This document shows, one piece after another, positions 9,873 through 20,242 of a DNA stretch of 64,000 bases. A model generated the notes under the pieces. It saw only the letters and a program-made list of their open reading frames with translations, made no database searches and had not been told where the DNA came from. The translations under genes were made by a program, and so were the position numbers. The DNA is from a virus, in IMG/VR virus record IMGVR_UViG_3300017971_004694. One strand, written 5' to 3'. Within the stretch, counting starts at the first letter, position 1, and every line of letters begins with the position of its first letter.

Positions 9873-12800
9873 TTATAGGGTGTAGTTAACTCTTCCCTGC
9901 AAAACTGATATCGTATATGGGCCAGCAGTGTTTTGTGGCTCTAGTGATATGCCATGATGATCTTCGTATTGCATTATATTAGTTCCTGCCGGGCCGGCAG
10001 GTAATATCGTTTCATATTGATTGCCTGTGCCCTGTGCATTTTGTGCAGCCCTAAGGGTATAATAAGCTACCGATGGGCCAAATCCTCGCGACATGGACCA
10101 ACCTAGTTGAAAATCACCCACTACACCGACTAAGTTATACCATATTTCAACATTGTTGATAGTAGCTCCCACAGGGACAGTTTCTGTTCCAAAACTAAAA
10201 GCCAAAAGATTAAAGGTGCTGTCATATATAGTTTTGGTGGCTATCCATCCCCCACCAAACACCAACCAACTGCATGCACCGCCGTTAACGTCCATATCCA
10301 CAACAGCTGAATGTGTAGGAAAAACAACCGAATAAGTCTGCCCCTTGTTATTTATGTCCGTATTGCCAGTTCCAGTCAAGTTTATCATGGTGGTGGCGGA
10401 AACGAAAAAGTAATTGTGTGCTACAAGGCAATCCGCCGCTCCCACTCCATTAATAACACCATCGCCACTGAACGCAGCCGCTCCTCTAAACCAATTGTTA
10501 CATATTATGTGATTGCTGGTATCCGTTACTTCTAATATTGCTCCAATCGTAGCACCAGCGTTGTGCCTGAACACATTGTCACTTATGAGATATCCCCAAG
10601 CACCACCAGGACCAGATGCTGTAATATATACGATATCCTGTCCAGTATTGCCCTCACCAGTTACATAGTTGCCAGTGAAGATCACATTGCTCCCAGAACC
10701 TAGAGAGATATGATCCAGGCGTACCACATTTATATTCTCTGCTCCTTCAAAAAAGTTATCCGCAATCAATACATCATTAATGCCCCCACTAATTGATAAG
10801 CAAAAACGACCGTCACGAACAAAGTTGTTGGATATAATAGATTCATTTAGGCCCTGCGAGAAAAACATGCCGTGCGATGCAGCATTACCATAAAAGCCTG
10901 TAATAAGATTGCCAGAAATTAAAAAGTTGGTAGGCCCATCGTCAACCTGTATACCTGTCCCTATACCTTGGTCCGAGCCACCTGGATTCACCAGAGTATT
11001 ATTCGTTATCGTGAATCCATCATCTTGATTACCAGCATTTACCTCTGCACTAATCATTCTTCCATCAGCACCGGAAGTGTCTGTGCATTCTATATGATTT
11101 TTATCTATAGTTATTCTAGTTCCATCCTCAACTCTAATAAGTCTAGTTGCTGCCCCAGGAGCAGAGGATTTTAAAATGTAATTATTATGTATCAATACAT
11201 CAGTCGGGTCTGTTGTAAGCACGATGGCATTATCTGAAATGCCAGTCATGGTATTATCATTTATGGTTAAGTTAGTTACAGAAGTAATTGACACGACAGT
11301 TGGAGCATCAAAAATATTGCCACTTATTTCCATGTTTGTAACATTGTTAAGAACCACAGCGATATCAACCACTCCTGTGAAAGCAGAGTTTTTAACAACA
11401 GAATTGGCCACACTGTTGTCACAATAAATAGCGCGGCCAGGATTGGTAAACAAACAGTTAGAAATCTTTATAACGTTCACGTCATCAGCCGCAATTGCAA
11501 AATTGCTTGCATTCGGATTGTCGAAAACAAATCTACAGCGTTCTATGCGTATGCCAGTTATGTCACTACCCAAGCCACCGATGAAGGCGCCTGTTAAAGT
11601 TGTTGAACCGGTTTGAAAACCCAGGTCTCTAATAGTACAGCCGTTACCAGGAATTATGGTGCTGAAGGGAGTGCTATTGGTAACGTAAATAATTGAGTCT
11701 ATTAGACTGTCACCCTCAAGTGTTGTCCCAGCAGGCAGTATAATAGTGTCAGCTGAGGCGGTTATTTCAAGATCAATTGTTCCCCTAACGCGAATTCTCA
11801 TTGGAACTGGCAAATCGGCATAAGCATTGATATAATTTACGGCAGCTTGTAACGAGGCAAAAGAGCCATGAGTTATGTCATTTTCCTCAACGATCAGATC
11901 AATCTTGTTATCCAGCTTGTTGACAAATCTTCTCAAATCTCGTATAGCGTCCACAGTATTGCCAGCGTTAATATCCACCTGTGCTATGATAGTCTTGTCA
12001 TCACTGCTGAGAATTTCAGCAAGCGTAGGTGTGGTTAGAACACCAGACGCATAAAATCCGTCCTCAAGCATCTGAAACGCACCATCAGCATCCACGAACA
12101 CATTGTAGGTAACAGCAGCCCCGTTTTCTGGTATGGCTATGTTCTTACCACCTATAGAAAACACAGTGCCGTTTACCAGGATTTCACCGCCAGCGACACT
12201 AACCGTAGTAGTTCCGGCCACCCCAAAACCACGAATTATCCCGGCGCCGCGCAGCAAAGAGCGAGGGTATGTTATGTTGTCTCTAGTAAAGTCATCGCGC
12301 ACATCTTGCCTTCCCACATTTCCAAACAGACGCAAATCTTCCAGATGTTTGAAGCTGGTCGTATTGTGAAGCACGGTGCCCACCTGCACATATAGCTCCT
12401 CACTAATTCTATCGAATATTTCTAAATCGATGTAGTTTATGTTGTTAGTTCCAGGATCGGCCGCAACTTCTATTTCCACATAATCTATTCCATTTACATC
12501 GTATAGCTTGAACCTAAAACCTTCAGAGTCCGAACTGGGTATTGAAACGCTCACACCAGGATTTATTATAGTCGCGCCCGATCTGTCTCCCAGGGTCACA
12601 ACTCTACTTTCATACTGAATTCTCTTGTTGGGATTGGTTCTAAATGTTCTTGAGACGGCCACAATATCAAACCAGGATTCTGGATTGTTTGGCGTGCCCG
12701 CCGCATTTTGGTAGGTTAAACGTCTAGTTCCTCTCAATTGGCTGGTAACAAACTGATATCCATCCACAAACAGCTCATAAAGAGTGCGGTCGGTCGGAGT

Positions 12801-14495
12801 AGTGATGCCGAAGTAGTCAGCATATATGTCTATAGTTACATTCTCGTTGGTGCTAAAGTTATGTAGCACATTAAGGTTAGTGCTCAACACCTGGTCAAAT
12901 ATCCAGGTGCCGTCGTCAGCTGTTGAGTTTTTCACCCTTACAATTCCATTCTCTTTAATGCCCAAATCATCCAGATTTACAGCAGCAACGATTGTGTCAG
13001 AGCCATTTACTATTGCTCCCGTCGTGCTAACGATCTTTCTAACAGCAGCAATCTCATATCCATCGATATAAAATTTGCGCTCCTCAAGACTTTGTGCTAT
13101 TTCTCCTTCATTAAAGCCTAGTGCCTCCCAAGCTGTAGACCCTCCAGACGGAGCGAGAGCAGTCAGAGTCCCCTCAGGCTCGTCAAATGCCAGTCCCATC
13201 TCCCCTTTATAATGGAAAGCAATCAGCGGGCTGCCAGCAGTCGTAAAAGTATCGTTCAACACTTGCGTTAGATTTTCTGGAGTCCAATTGCTTGGGTTAG
13301 CTGAAAATGCTGTCATCGCTGCCAACACATCAATGTCTCCAGTATTTCCTGAGGCCCAACCAACTCTGATGTTCTGAACTCCAGCCGTTAAGGCTCGCAC
13401 ATCTAACCCACTACTTACAAGGAAAGGTGCAGCAGGTTGCACCAACTGAAGAACTTCGCCAGAAAAATCCGCTTTTTTAGTTGCAACTATAAGATTGGCC
13501 GGCTCGGATGTTTCTTCAGAAGTTCTGTATACAGCCGCAGTGCCAGTGCCGCTAGCTGGAGAAGGATTGATAGTATTAACTAATGTGTTTGAGATTACTT
13601 CATCAATGCGCAACTTATAGGTGTTTGAACCCAAAGTTACATCAATCACATCTCCCCTGGCAGCAATCGCCAAGTTGGCTTGTGCGGCGCTGAATGTTAC
13701 TCTGTTAACACCCTCCACCACTGTTGCGGCGGCAGAAGCAACAATACCAACATTGCGGTTGGTGCCAGGCAGAAAAGTTTCCTGTGTTCTTAGGATGCCA
13801 TTGCTGTGTTGTCTGTCTTGGTGCTGCACCAAAGCCCTTACGCCAAGCTCATCAAGCTCTTCAAAAGCAGTCTGGCCGTCGGTTGCATTAATGAATAGGA
13901 AGTTTGAATTATCAACAGAGATTGCACTGGCGTCGTGGGCGTCTGTAGGATCCGCAATGTGATCGTCAATTCTACCTCTTATGTCCGTCACAATCCCTTG
14001 GAGGTTTTGGGAAGCATATGGGGCCACATACCCATCAATATCACTGGTGTAGTGGCGCCCATATGTGCTTGGATGCGCAACATGCTGCGTTAGATTGTTT
14101 ATATCGACAGCGACTTTGTTCTCCAAAGAGATGATGCGGACTCGATTCTCATCAATCCAAGTTTTGAGCTGGACAGTGCTATAATCCAAGTCTAGCTTGG
14201 ACTCCTCTATTCCAGCAGTGGCAGCTATCATGCTATTGGTTATTGGCAATGCTACCAAACCGATAGTGGTGAGCGCCGAGGCTTTAATCGAGCCATCGGG
14301 GGCCAGCGACTGATCAAGTCGCGCAGCGACATCGGCAGCAGTTCCCTGCGGATCCAAACCAAGAGTTTCCTCAATCTGGAATACCGCACTGCGCAAGCCG
14401 TTTATAGCATCGCCGCCAATTTCCGTTATGTTGTCGTCAACTCGCGGTAGTTCTTTATCAGTGTCGAGTTCGCCAGGATATTTGCTATCAGGCAT
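9873..14495 (-). CDS. Large fibre / tailspike-like protein with a parallel beta-helix (pectin-lyase-like) region
   Basis: 1540 aa; C-terminal half has repeating I.I.NN.I/F beta-helix rungs; N-terminal YP..LD...N.LRSAV..IE.TLG motif shared with 15131..17470. Confidence 0.7.
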   Translation of the reverse strand: MPDSKYPGELDTDKELPRVDDNITEIGGDAINGLRSAVFQIEETLGLDPQGTAADVAARLDQSLAPDGSIKASALTTIGLVALPITNSMIAATAGIEESKLDLDYSTVQLKTWIDENRVRIISLENKVAVDINNLTQHVAHPSTYGRHYTSDIDGYVAPYASQNLQGIVTDIRGRIDDHIADPTDAHDASAISVDNSNFLFINATDGQTAFEELDELGVRALVQHQDRQHSNGILRTQETFLPGTNRNVGIVASAAATVVEGVNRVTFSAAQANLAIAARGDVIDVTLGSNTYKLRIDEVISNTLVNTINPSPASGTGTAAVYRTSEETSEPANLIVATKKADFSGEVLQLVQPAAPFLVSSGLDVRALTAGVQNIRVGWASGNTGDIDVLAAMTAFSANPSNWTPENLTQVLNDTFTTAGSPLIAFHYKGEMGLAFDEPEGTLTALAPSGGSTAWEALGFNEGEIAQSLEERKFYIDGYEIAAVRKIVSTTGAIVNGSDTIVAAVNLDDLGIKENGIVRVKNSTADDGTWIFDQVLSTNLNVLHNFSTNENVTIDIYADYFGITTPTDRTLYELFVDGYQFVTSQLRGTRRLTYQNAAGTPNNPESWFDIVAVSRTFRTNPNKRIQYESRVVTLGDRSGATIINPGVSVSIPSSDSEGFRFKLYDVNGIDYVEIEVAADPGTNNINYIDLEIFDRISEELYVQVGTVLHNTTSFKHLEDLRLFGNVGRQDVRDDFTRDNITYPRSLLRGAGIIRGFGVAGTTTVSVAGGEILVNGTVFSIGGKNIAIPENGAAVTYNVFVDADGAFQMLEDGFYASGVLTTPTLAEILSSDDKTIIAQVDINAGNTVDAIRDLRRFVNKLDNKIDLIVEENDITHGSFASLQAAVNYINAYADLPVPMRIRVRGTIDLEITASADTIILPAGTTLEGDSLIDSIIYVTNSTPFSTIIPGNGCTIRDLGFQTGSTTLTGAFIGGLGSDITGIRIERCRFVFDNPNASNFAIAADDVNVIKISNCLFTNPGRAIYCDNSVANSVVKNSAFTGVVDIAVVLNNVTNMEISGNIFDAPTVVSITSVTNLTINDNTMTGISDNAIVLTTDPTDVLIHNNYILKSSAPGAATRLIRVEDGTRITIDKNHIECTDTSGADGRMISAEVNAGNQDDGFTITNNTLVNPGGSDQGIGTGIQVDDGPTNFLISGNLITGFYGNAASHGMFFSQGLNESIISNNFVRDGRFCLSISGGINDVLIADNFFEGAENINVVRLDHISLGSGSNVIFTGNYVTGEGNTGQDIVYITASGPGGAWGYLISDNVFRHNAGATIGAILEVTDTSNHIICNNWFRGAAAFSGDGVINGVGAADCLVAHNYFFVSATTMINLTGTGNTDINNKGQTYSVVFPTHSAVVDMDVNGGACSWLVFGGGWIATKTIYDSTFNLLAFSFGTETVPVGATINNVEIWYNLVGVVGDFQLGWSMSRGFGPSVAYYTLRAAQNAQGTGNQYETILPAGPAGTNIMQYEDHHGISLEPQNTAGPYTISVLQGRVNYTL

Positions 14496-14513
14496 CTATT
14501 TGATCCTCCAAAG

Positions 14514-14894
14514 TTATGCTTCCCCTTCCTCGTTCGCCTTTATAGTAGAAGTAGTTGTTTTCGTTTTCTTTTTCTTCTTGTCATCTTGCGATTCTGTAGT
14601 AGATGTGCTCACTTCAGCATTGATTCCAGCACTAAAAGTAAGGCCGCCGTTCTGCTCAATTTTCTTCTGCCAGACATTTGCGCCAAAGTATGCGGAGACT
14701 ACCAGGGTAATTACCGAGACCCATTCAGTCCCGCTTAATAGGAATAGAGCAGACTTTGCCTTGAACACCCACGCACTAAGGAGTGGCGGAACAAAAGCGC
14801 CTAAAGTGGCCAAGATTATTACTAGCATAACTAACTGCCATTTTCTTGACTGATATTTTTTGTATTCTTTTCCGTTATATTTACCATTAGGCAT
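14514..14894 (-). CDS. Holin-like two-TM membrane protein
   Basis: Likely start ATG 14894 (MPNGKY) after AGGAG; KYQSRKW followed by two hydrophobic helices and a charged C-terminal tail. Confidence 0.5.
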   Translation of the reverse strand: MPNGKYNGKEYKKYQSRKWQLVMLVIILATLGAFVPPLLSAWVFKAKSALFLLSGTEWVSVITLVVSAYFGANVWQKKIEQNGGLTFSAGINAEVSTSTTESQDDKKKKKTKTTTSTIKANEEGEA

Positions 14895-15117
14895 CTTTTT
14901 TCTTGCTCCTGTTAATCGGTGCGTTTCTTGGCGCGGCATCCACCTGGGCCATTATTTCTTTCCTCTTTGCCTCTATCATATCTTTTACTGAGTTTTTTCT
15001 GGTAATGCTTGTTCTTTCGCCCTTTCTCATGGCTTTAAGTTCAAGTAGCCTACTACTAATAATTCCCAGCATTCTTTCATAGTCTTCTATGAGTTCTTCT
15101 AGCAGTCTATCATCCAT
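14887..15117 (-). CDS. Small coiled-coil hypothetical protein
   Basis: 76 aa, AGGAGG RBS, overlaps the next start. Confidence 0.6.
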   Translation of the reverse strand: MDDRLLEELIEDYERMLGIISSRLLELKAMRKGERTSITRKNSVKDMIEAKRKEIMAQVDAAPRNAPINRSKKKDA

Positions 15118-15130
15118 TTTTTATCCTCCT

Positions 15131-17470
15131 TTATGTCCACTTGTTGAGATCGAGCGGACCTAACACTCCATGCGTATATAGATTTCCTATTGGACCAGGA
15201 GCAGCATCAACGAACGAAGGAAAACCAATGCGGGCATCTAAAACATTACTAAGTACGGTACTATAATCACAGGCAGTAAGCGAAACCATTGGGCCAGTGC
15301 CGCCGCCACTTACATCGACTATAACATTGCTATTTATTGTAGCCCCATTAGCACCAAAAGCAAATATTGTGGCTACAGTGGGAGCAAGGGAATTCAGATC
15401 GTTTATAAGAATATTATTGTCGCTTATTTGCACATGCTCCACTACAGGGGCCAACGATGGGGCTACCAACACTGCACTCCCAATCGCCCCCACACCTGTG
15501 AACTTGAAGTAGTTGTTCTGCACTCGTGTTCTATGTGAGTCCGACAGAGCTATTACTGCATCCCAATTTCCCCCAGTAAACGTACATCCTTGAATAAGCG
15601 ATCCTTCTTGCACATTCCCAACCATGTATTTAGAATCTCCTAGATTCCAGTTTGTGCTTGAAAAGCCCTGAATGGTAACATTCTCTAGTTCCATAATTCC
15701 AAATGGAGTCGCAGGTTCAAGGCCCCCTTGCCCACTGTCTCCAAGTATCACTATTGTCATATTTCCAGCGGGCGCACCACCATCCGTGGGAGATGATATC
15801 ATAGCATTAATCAATTTAACTCTACCCTCACTCATAGTATATGTCGGGTCAGCAGCTGGTCTACCACTCAATTGTATCACTGGATGGTCTGTGCTTAGGG
15901 TAAATCCATCTCTAATGGTCATTGGTATCCACCCACCATACATGAAAAATCCGTCTATTACGAGATCGGCGCATGATAGTGATATAGGGTTGTTACTAGA
16001 ATCACTATGACCAAGAACATTCTCGTTCATATTTATGCGAAGGTTTTGAATCTTAAGTATATCTGCCTCAGAACGTATGAAGCTAGTGCTTATTATTCCA
16101 GGGCCGTAGGTATACATATATAGTCCGTTAACTTCTGTTCTATCTCCTCCAAAGTCAATAACAGGGGTGTTTGCTTTGTATGGTTCACATCTCACGGCAC
16201 AATCGTGTATTTTAAGACCCGAGGTGCCACCTGCCCCTATAATTGCCTGAGCGCCGTAGCCATCTATAAAAAAAGTATTGCTTACAACACAACCAAAACC
16301 ATTATGATTAAGCAGTGTTACTTCTCCAACAGGTGCAAGTTCACACTGAGAAATTTCTGCTAATATGCAGCCAGGCCCCGTGCTTATGCAATCCACACCA
16401 ACTGGGGTCACTCTTGTTTGCTCCACCCTTGGCCTGCGCCCGGATTGTAGGTATATTGTTCCTTCAATCTCGCACTGCTTTACCAAGAAGTCATCACAAT
16501 CGCTCACGAAAGCCTGGTATGCACCAGCACCGAAGTTGATGATTTCTATGTTTTGTATTGTAGATCCATACGCATCATGCTCAAAAGTAAGCATAAATGT
16601 TCCAACTTCATTTACCACTGTAGGTCTTTGTTCCACGCCAATGATTTTTACAGGTCTTGGGAGTATATGAGGCACGGTTATATGATATTCGCCCCCTCTT
16701 ACCAAGATAGTTCCACCTGTAGCAGCTACATCTAAAAGAGCCCTTTCCAACGCGTCCATGCCATTATACATGCCGCCTTCGGTGGTTACACCATCAGTGC
16801 ATGAAATCACAGTCCGCGCATGATGATCGCCAGCCTCTATACGCTCATCCAAGCTTGGGAAAATGCCTCCACCAATACCCCCAGTGGGACTAAATATATC
16901 ACTAGCAGAGGCAGCATTCTGGCTGGCCAATAGAGTTGAAACATGATCCCTGACAGCACCGGCTGGCAAGCTAAGTGGGATTCCAGGCACGAGTCCCGTC
17001 CCAATCTTTTCATATCCACCGGGACTGCCCAATTGTTCAACTATGTCATCTGGAGTGATGCGGAAATTCTGCACTCCTAGGCCTGCACCGTCAGCAAAGG
17101 TGGAGAAACTACCAGGATAGTCAAACAAAAGTAGTAGTTCTTCTAACTGGATATCCAGAGTTGGTCCAACCAAACCATTAAATACAGCGACTTTCGGAGC
17201 CGTATCTATGTGATTATCGTTGTGTCTGAAAGCAACACCATTGACGTGCTCATCAAAGTTGGTTTCATTCACATTGATCCTAGAGCCGTAATCGTTCAGG
17301 CGAGCCACAACGGTTCCGTAAGCTCCATGTGGATTTACACCTAGCGTTTGCTCAAGTGCCAAGACAGCGCTTCTCAGATCATTGTGGTCTCCAGCTATGA
17401 TCTCATCTATGCCATCGCGTGCCAGCCTTATTTGAGCATATCCGTCTATAGCGCCTGGATATTGGGTCAT
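15131..17470 (-). CDS. Second fibre / tailspike-like beta-helix protein
   Basis: 779 aa; ALERALLDVAATGGTILVRGGEY beta-helix cap followed by rungs; N-terminal motif shared with 9873..14495. Confidence 0.7.
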   Translation of the reverse strand: MTQYPGAIDGYAQIRLARDGIDEIIAGDHNDLRSAVLALEQTLGVNPHGAYGTVVARLNDYGSRINVNETNFDEHVNGVAFRHNDNHIDTAPKVAVFNGLVGPTLDIQLEELLLLFDYPGSFSTFADGAGLGVQNFRITPDDIVEQLGSPGGYEKIGTGLVPGIPLSLPAGAVRDHVSTLLASQNAASASDIFSPTGGIGGGIFPSLDERIEAGDHHARTVISCTDGVTTEGGMYNGMDALERALLDVAATGGTILVRGGEYHITVPHILPRPVKIIGVEQRPTVVNEVGTFMLTFEHDAYGSTIQNIEIINFGAGAYQAFVSDCDDFLVKQCEIEGTIYLQSGRRPRVEQTRVTPVGVDCISTGPGCILAEISQCELAPVGEVTLLNHNGFGCVVSNTFFIDGYGAQAIIGAGGTSGLKIHDCAVRCEPYKANTPVIDFGGDRTEVNGLYMYTYGPGIISTSFIRSEADILKIQNLRINMNENVLGHSDSSNNPISLSCADLVIDGFFMYGGWIPMTIRDGFTLSTDHPVIQLSGRPAADPTYTMSEGRVKLINAMISSPTDGGAPAGNMTIVILGDSGQGGLEPATPFGIMELENVTIQGFSSTNWNLGDSKYMVGNVQEGSLIQGCTFTGGNWDAVIALSDSHRTRVQNNYFKFTGVGAIGSAVLVAPSLAPVVEHVQISDNNILINDLNSLAPTVATIFAFGANGATINSNVIVDVSGGGTGPMVSLTACDYSTVLSNVLDARIGFPSFVDAAPGPIGNLYTHGVLGPLDLNKWT

Positions 17471-17482
17471 TGTTTATTCACC

Positions 17483-19501
17483 TCAGGTAATTATAGTATG
17501 CGTATGGTTTAATACTTCTTGGATAATACCATTAAATATTACATGGTTGTGCCCCTGTGACTCCAGCGTGGCGGTCTTCAATGTAGCAATAGACGTGCCC
17601 TGCGGTATAATAATCTGATGTTGGTGTGCTGGAACCGCAGGTGCAGCATTCACCGTGGTAGTGCCTGTCACAGGATTTGGGCTTGCATCCCTAGTTACAG
17701 GGAATTGATAGATTATGTCGGTCTTCGGCACCCTCATTAACGCTAATTTCTGGGCGCCTGTCTGAGTGAAGAAAGCTTTGTTTCTGGTCACATTTAACAC
17801 AAAATATCGCCAAGCTTCAGTATTATCAGGATTAAACCTTATTAATATATCTCTATCCTTAATAGCTGGGAACGGTAATGTCCAACCGTTAGGTTCATAG
17901 GCTGGCTCCAGTCCGCCACGATCCACTATATTCAAATCATCCGTGGCTGGATCTATTCTCACCAATATTCTTCTATCTGGTCTTCTTGGGTTGAAGAACT
18001 GAGTGTAGCCCTGTGTGAATCCAGTTCCATAACAAATTGGGCATCTCTTATCTGGATGCTCTCTTCTCTGCATGAAACAAGGACATCTGGCTCCTGTCCA
18101 CATCCTCCTAGCCAATACGAAAGGCTCACCAGTTGTTTCCAAAAGCAACTCTTCCCTTTGAAGCATATGGGTCCTAACGTCCGGAACTCTTACTTTTACA
18201 TTCTTAGAAGGATCAGTTGGGTCTTTTATCATCTGAACGCCGCCCCAATAGGATCCAGAGCATTGTCCCTCCATAAAACTTATTGGAGAGCGTGTTCTAT
18301 ATGAACCGCAATAGTCGAATCTTGGGAAATCTCCCGAGTTGTCATTGTTCGTCCCATCTGTAGTTAATGAATCTACAGTCTCTTGCCTAAATCTCAAATA
18401 GCCATCAGCGTAGCCATCGGTGTAACCATAGGCATACCCATCATACCCGTCTCTATATCCGCTTAATGCACAATCGTCGCTGTGCAGAACATTTGTAATC
18501 GCATAATTGGGCTTTTGGAAAGTCGGCTCAGCCTGGGCTATGATGGTATTGCCATCTTGTCTTCCTGGATACAGGAATATATTTTGTCCAGCTACGTGGG
18601 CTTCTCCTCTCGTTCCTTCATATCCGCGACCATCTGGACGAACTATAAATCTCGGAGGAACCTGGCTCTTTGCACTATAGGTTATAAGCTCGTCACCAAT
18701 TCTCAATATTCCAAAGTCAGGGAACCCACTAACGGATGAAGCTGGAATAATCAAGGCTGTGGAACTAACTGATCCACTAACATAGGCATCAGGATAGAAG
18801 AACATATTGGTTCCAGCTTGCCTGAGCCCTGTTGTCGTAAATAGGTTTGGATCAAACTCACCAGCCCTAACACCAAAGAACAATTGATCACCAGGAGCGA
18901 TTCCTCCAATTGTAGTCGTAGTGTCCTCTACTATAAACTCTGGGTAGCCGTCAAAAACGTCGGCTCTCTTATGCGCGATATAGACATTGTAGAACACCAC
19001 ATTATCTTCATCATAGGGATAAGCTTGTTTCCAGTTAAGCTCAACTTCAGTTCCAACTCCCTCATCTAGGGCCGCTACCAGTCCCAAATCTGTTGGCGGG
19101 AAGAACGGCCTATTAACTATGCAGGGTCTAGTTGGATTCGACGGAATGGGCTCTGGAGGTGGAGGGTTATAACCTGCCGTAAAGAATACGTAATCATATG
19201 CGTCTAAATTATTATACCCATCGCGCACGTCCATGTGGACTGCAATTTGAGCAGCCGCTCTAATAAAATCTGGAGCCTTTGGATATATTCCAACAACCCA
19301 TTTCCCTGTGCTAGGGAAAATCTTGCCCGTATAACCATTAACAAACGCACCAGCAAGAATAGCCTGGTAGCCATCAATGGAAGCCGCCAGGGTATTTATC
19401 TGAGCGCCGTTGGGCTGCTCCAAAACCGTAAAGCCCACAAGGGTGGTTCTTGGAACATCTGTTTGGTTAGGCGTTGGAATAAAGCCGGTAAACTGAGCCA
19501 T
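17483..19501 (-). CDS. Putative neck / head-closure protein with N-terminal beta-sandwich domains and a His-rich tail
   Basis: RCPCF...CPICYGTGF Zn motif of large-myovirus neck proteins; FN3-like segment; GYRDGYDGYAYGYTDGYADGY; C-terminal HQHQI/HNHVI/HTHTI. Confidence 0.55.
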   Translation of the reverse strand: MAQFTGFIPTPNQTDVPRTTLVGFTVLEQPNGAQINTLAASIDGYQAILAGAFVNGYTGKIFPSTGKWVVGIYPKAPDFIRAAAQIAVHMDVRDGYNNLDAYDYVFFTAGYNPPPPEPIPSNPTRPCIVNRPFFPPTDLGLVAALDEGVGTEVELNWKQAYPYDEDNVVFYNVYIAHKRADVFDGYPEFIVEDTTTTIGGIAPGDQLFFGVRAGEFDPNLFTTTGLRQAGTNMFFYPDAYVSGSVSSTALIIPASSVSGFPDFGILRIGDELITYSAKSQVPPRFIVRPDGRGYEGTRGEAHVAGQNIFLYPGRQDGNTIIAQAEPTFQKPNYAITNVLHSDDCALSGYRDGYDGYAYGYTDGYADGYLRFRQETVDSLTTDGTNNDNSGDFPRFDYCGSYRTRSPISFMEGQCSGSYWGGVQMIKDPTDPSKNVKVRVPDVRTHMLQREELLLETTGEPFVLARRMWTGARCPCFMQRREHPDKRCPICYGTGFTQGYTQFFNPRRPDRRILVRIDPATDDLNIVDRGGLEPAYEPNGWTLPFPAIKDRDILIRFNPDNTEAWRYFVLNVTRNKAFFTQTGAQKLALMRVPKTDIIYQFPVTRDASPNPVTGTTTVNAAPAVPAHQHQIIIPQGTSIATLKTATLESQGHNHVIFNGIIQEVLNHTHTIIT

Positions 19502-19518
19502 TTAGAAACACCACCTAT

Positions 19519-20046
19519 TTATGAGTCGTCCGTGAGCTTTTCTTTTTTCTCTTCCCTTTCTTCCCCTTTTATGTTATGATGATCCAAAAGATTCTCTATA
19601 TACTCTTGAACCTCCTGTTCTGGTTCGTGTTCTCTCATATATGAAATCTGTGCCTCGAAAGCTTCTTGTTCATTGGGATCGTTCAAGTAATCTTTTTTCT
19701 TTGTTTTTCCATTCACTTTGCCCGCTTCCTGCTGCATAACATGTACAATCTCATGAACCACATAGCGCATCTTATCTTTCCACGGGCTATCAAGCAACTT
19801 CTCATTAAGCTGTATGTGCTCGTTAGTGGTCTTTGCAGAAACGTCTAGGGGCTCGAATGTGATCTTCACAGAATCAACAAAGTTGGGATCCTTGTCATAT
19901 TCTTCGCACTTCTCTAGATACTCCTCCTCGTCTTTGAGGTCGGCTTTTAGTTTCTCAACTATCTTTTCCAGGTGCTCCTTGCTCCTCTGTTTCTTCTCTT
20001 CCCGCGCTTTTTTGAGCCTCTGGATCACTCTCCGTTTGTGATGCAT
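19519..20046 (-). CDS. Zincin-like metallopeptidase domain protein
   Basis: HEIVH (HExxH) plus downstream EQEAF third ligand; likely start ATG 20046 after GAGGAG. Confidence 0.6.
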   Translation of the reverse strand: MHHKRRVIQRLKKAREEKKQRSKEHLEKIVEKLKADLKDEEEYLEKCEEYDKDPNFVDSVKITFEPLDVSAKTTNEHIQLNEKLLDSPWKDKMRYVVHEIVHVMQQEAGKVNGKTKKKDYLNDPNEQEAFEAQISYMREHEPEQEVQEYIENLLDHHNIKGEEREEKKEKLTDDS

Positions 20047-20233
20047 GCTGCTGCCTCTCCTCATTTTTAAGTACTGAAATAGCAAACACTTGCTCATACC
20101 TGCTCATCTGTTCTTCCGCTTGCTTCATAGCATTTTTAAGTCCAAGTATTTCCACTTTTATCTCTGCCGCACTTCTTGGATTTTCTACACCAGCATATAT
20201 TATATGCTTCTTGACCAATCTTTCTACTACCAT
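19955..20233 (-). CDS. Hypothetical coiled-coil protein
   Basis: 92 aa, AAGGAG RBS; its 3' end overlaps the next gene by about 90 nt. Confidence 0.45.
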   Translation of the reverse strand: MVVERLVKKHIIYAGVENPRSAAEIKVEILGLKNAMKQAEEQMSRYEQVFAISVLKNEERQQHASQTESDPEAQKSAGREETEEQGAPGKDS

Positions 20234-20242
20234 AATTTCTCC

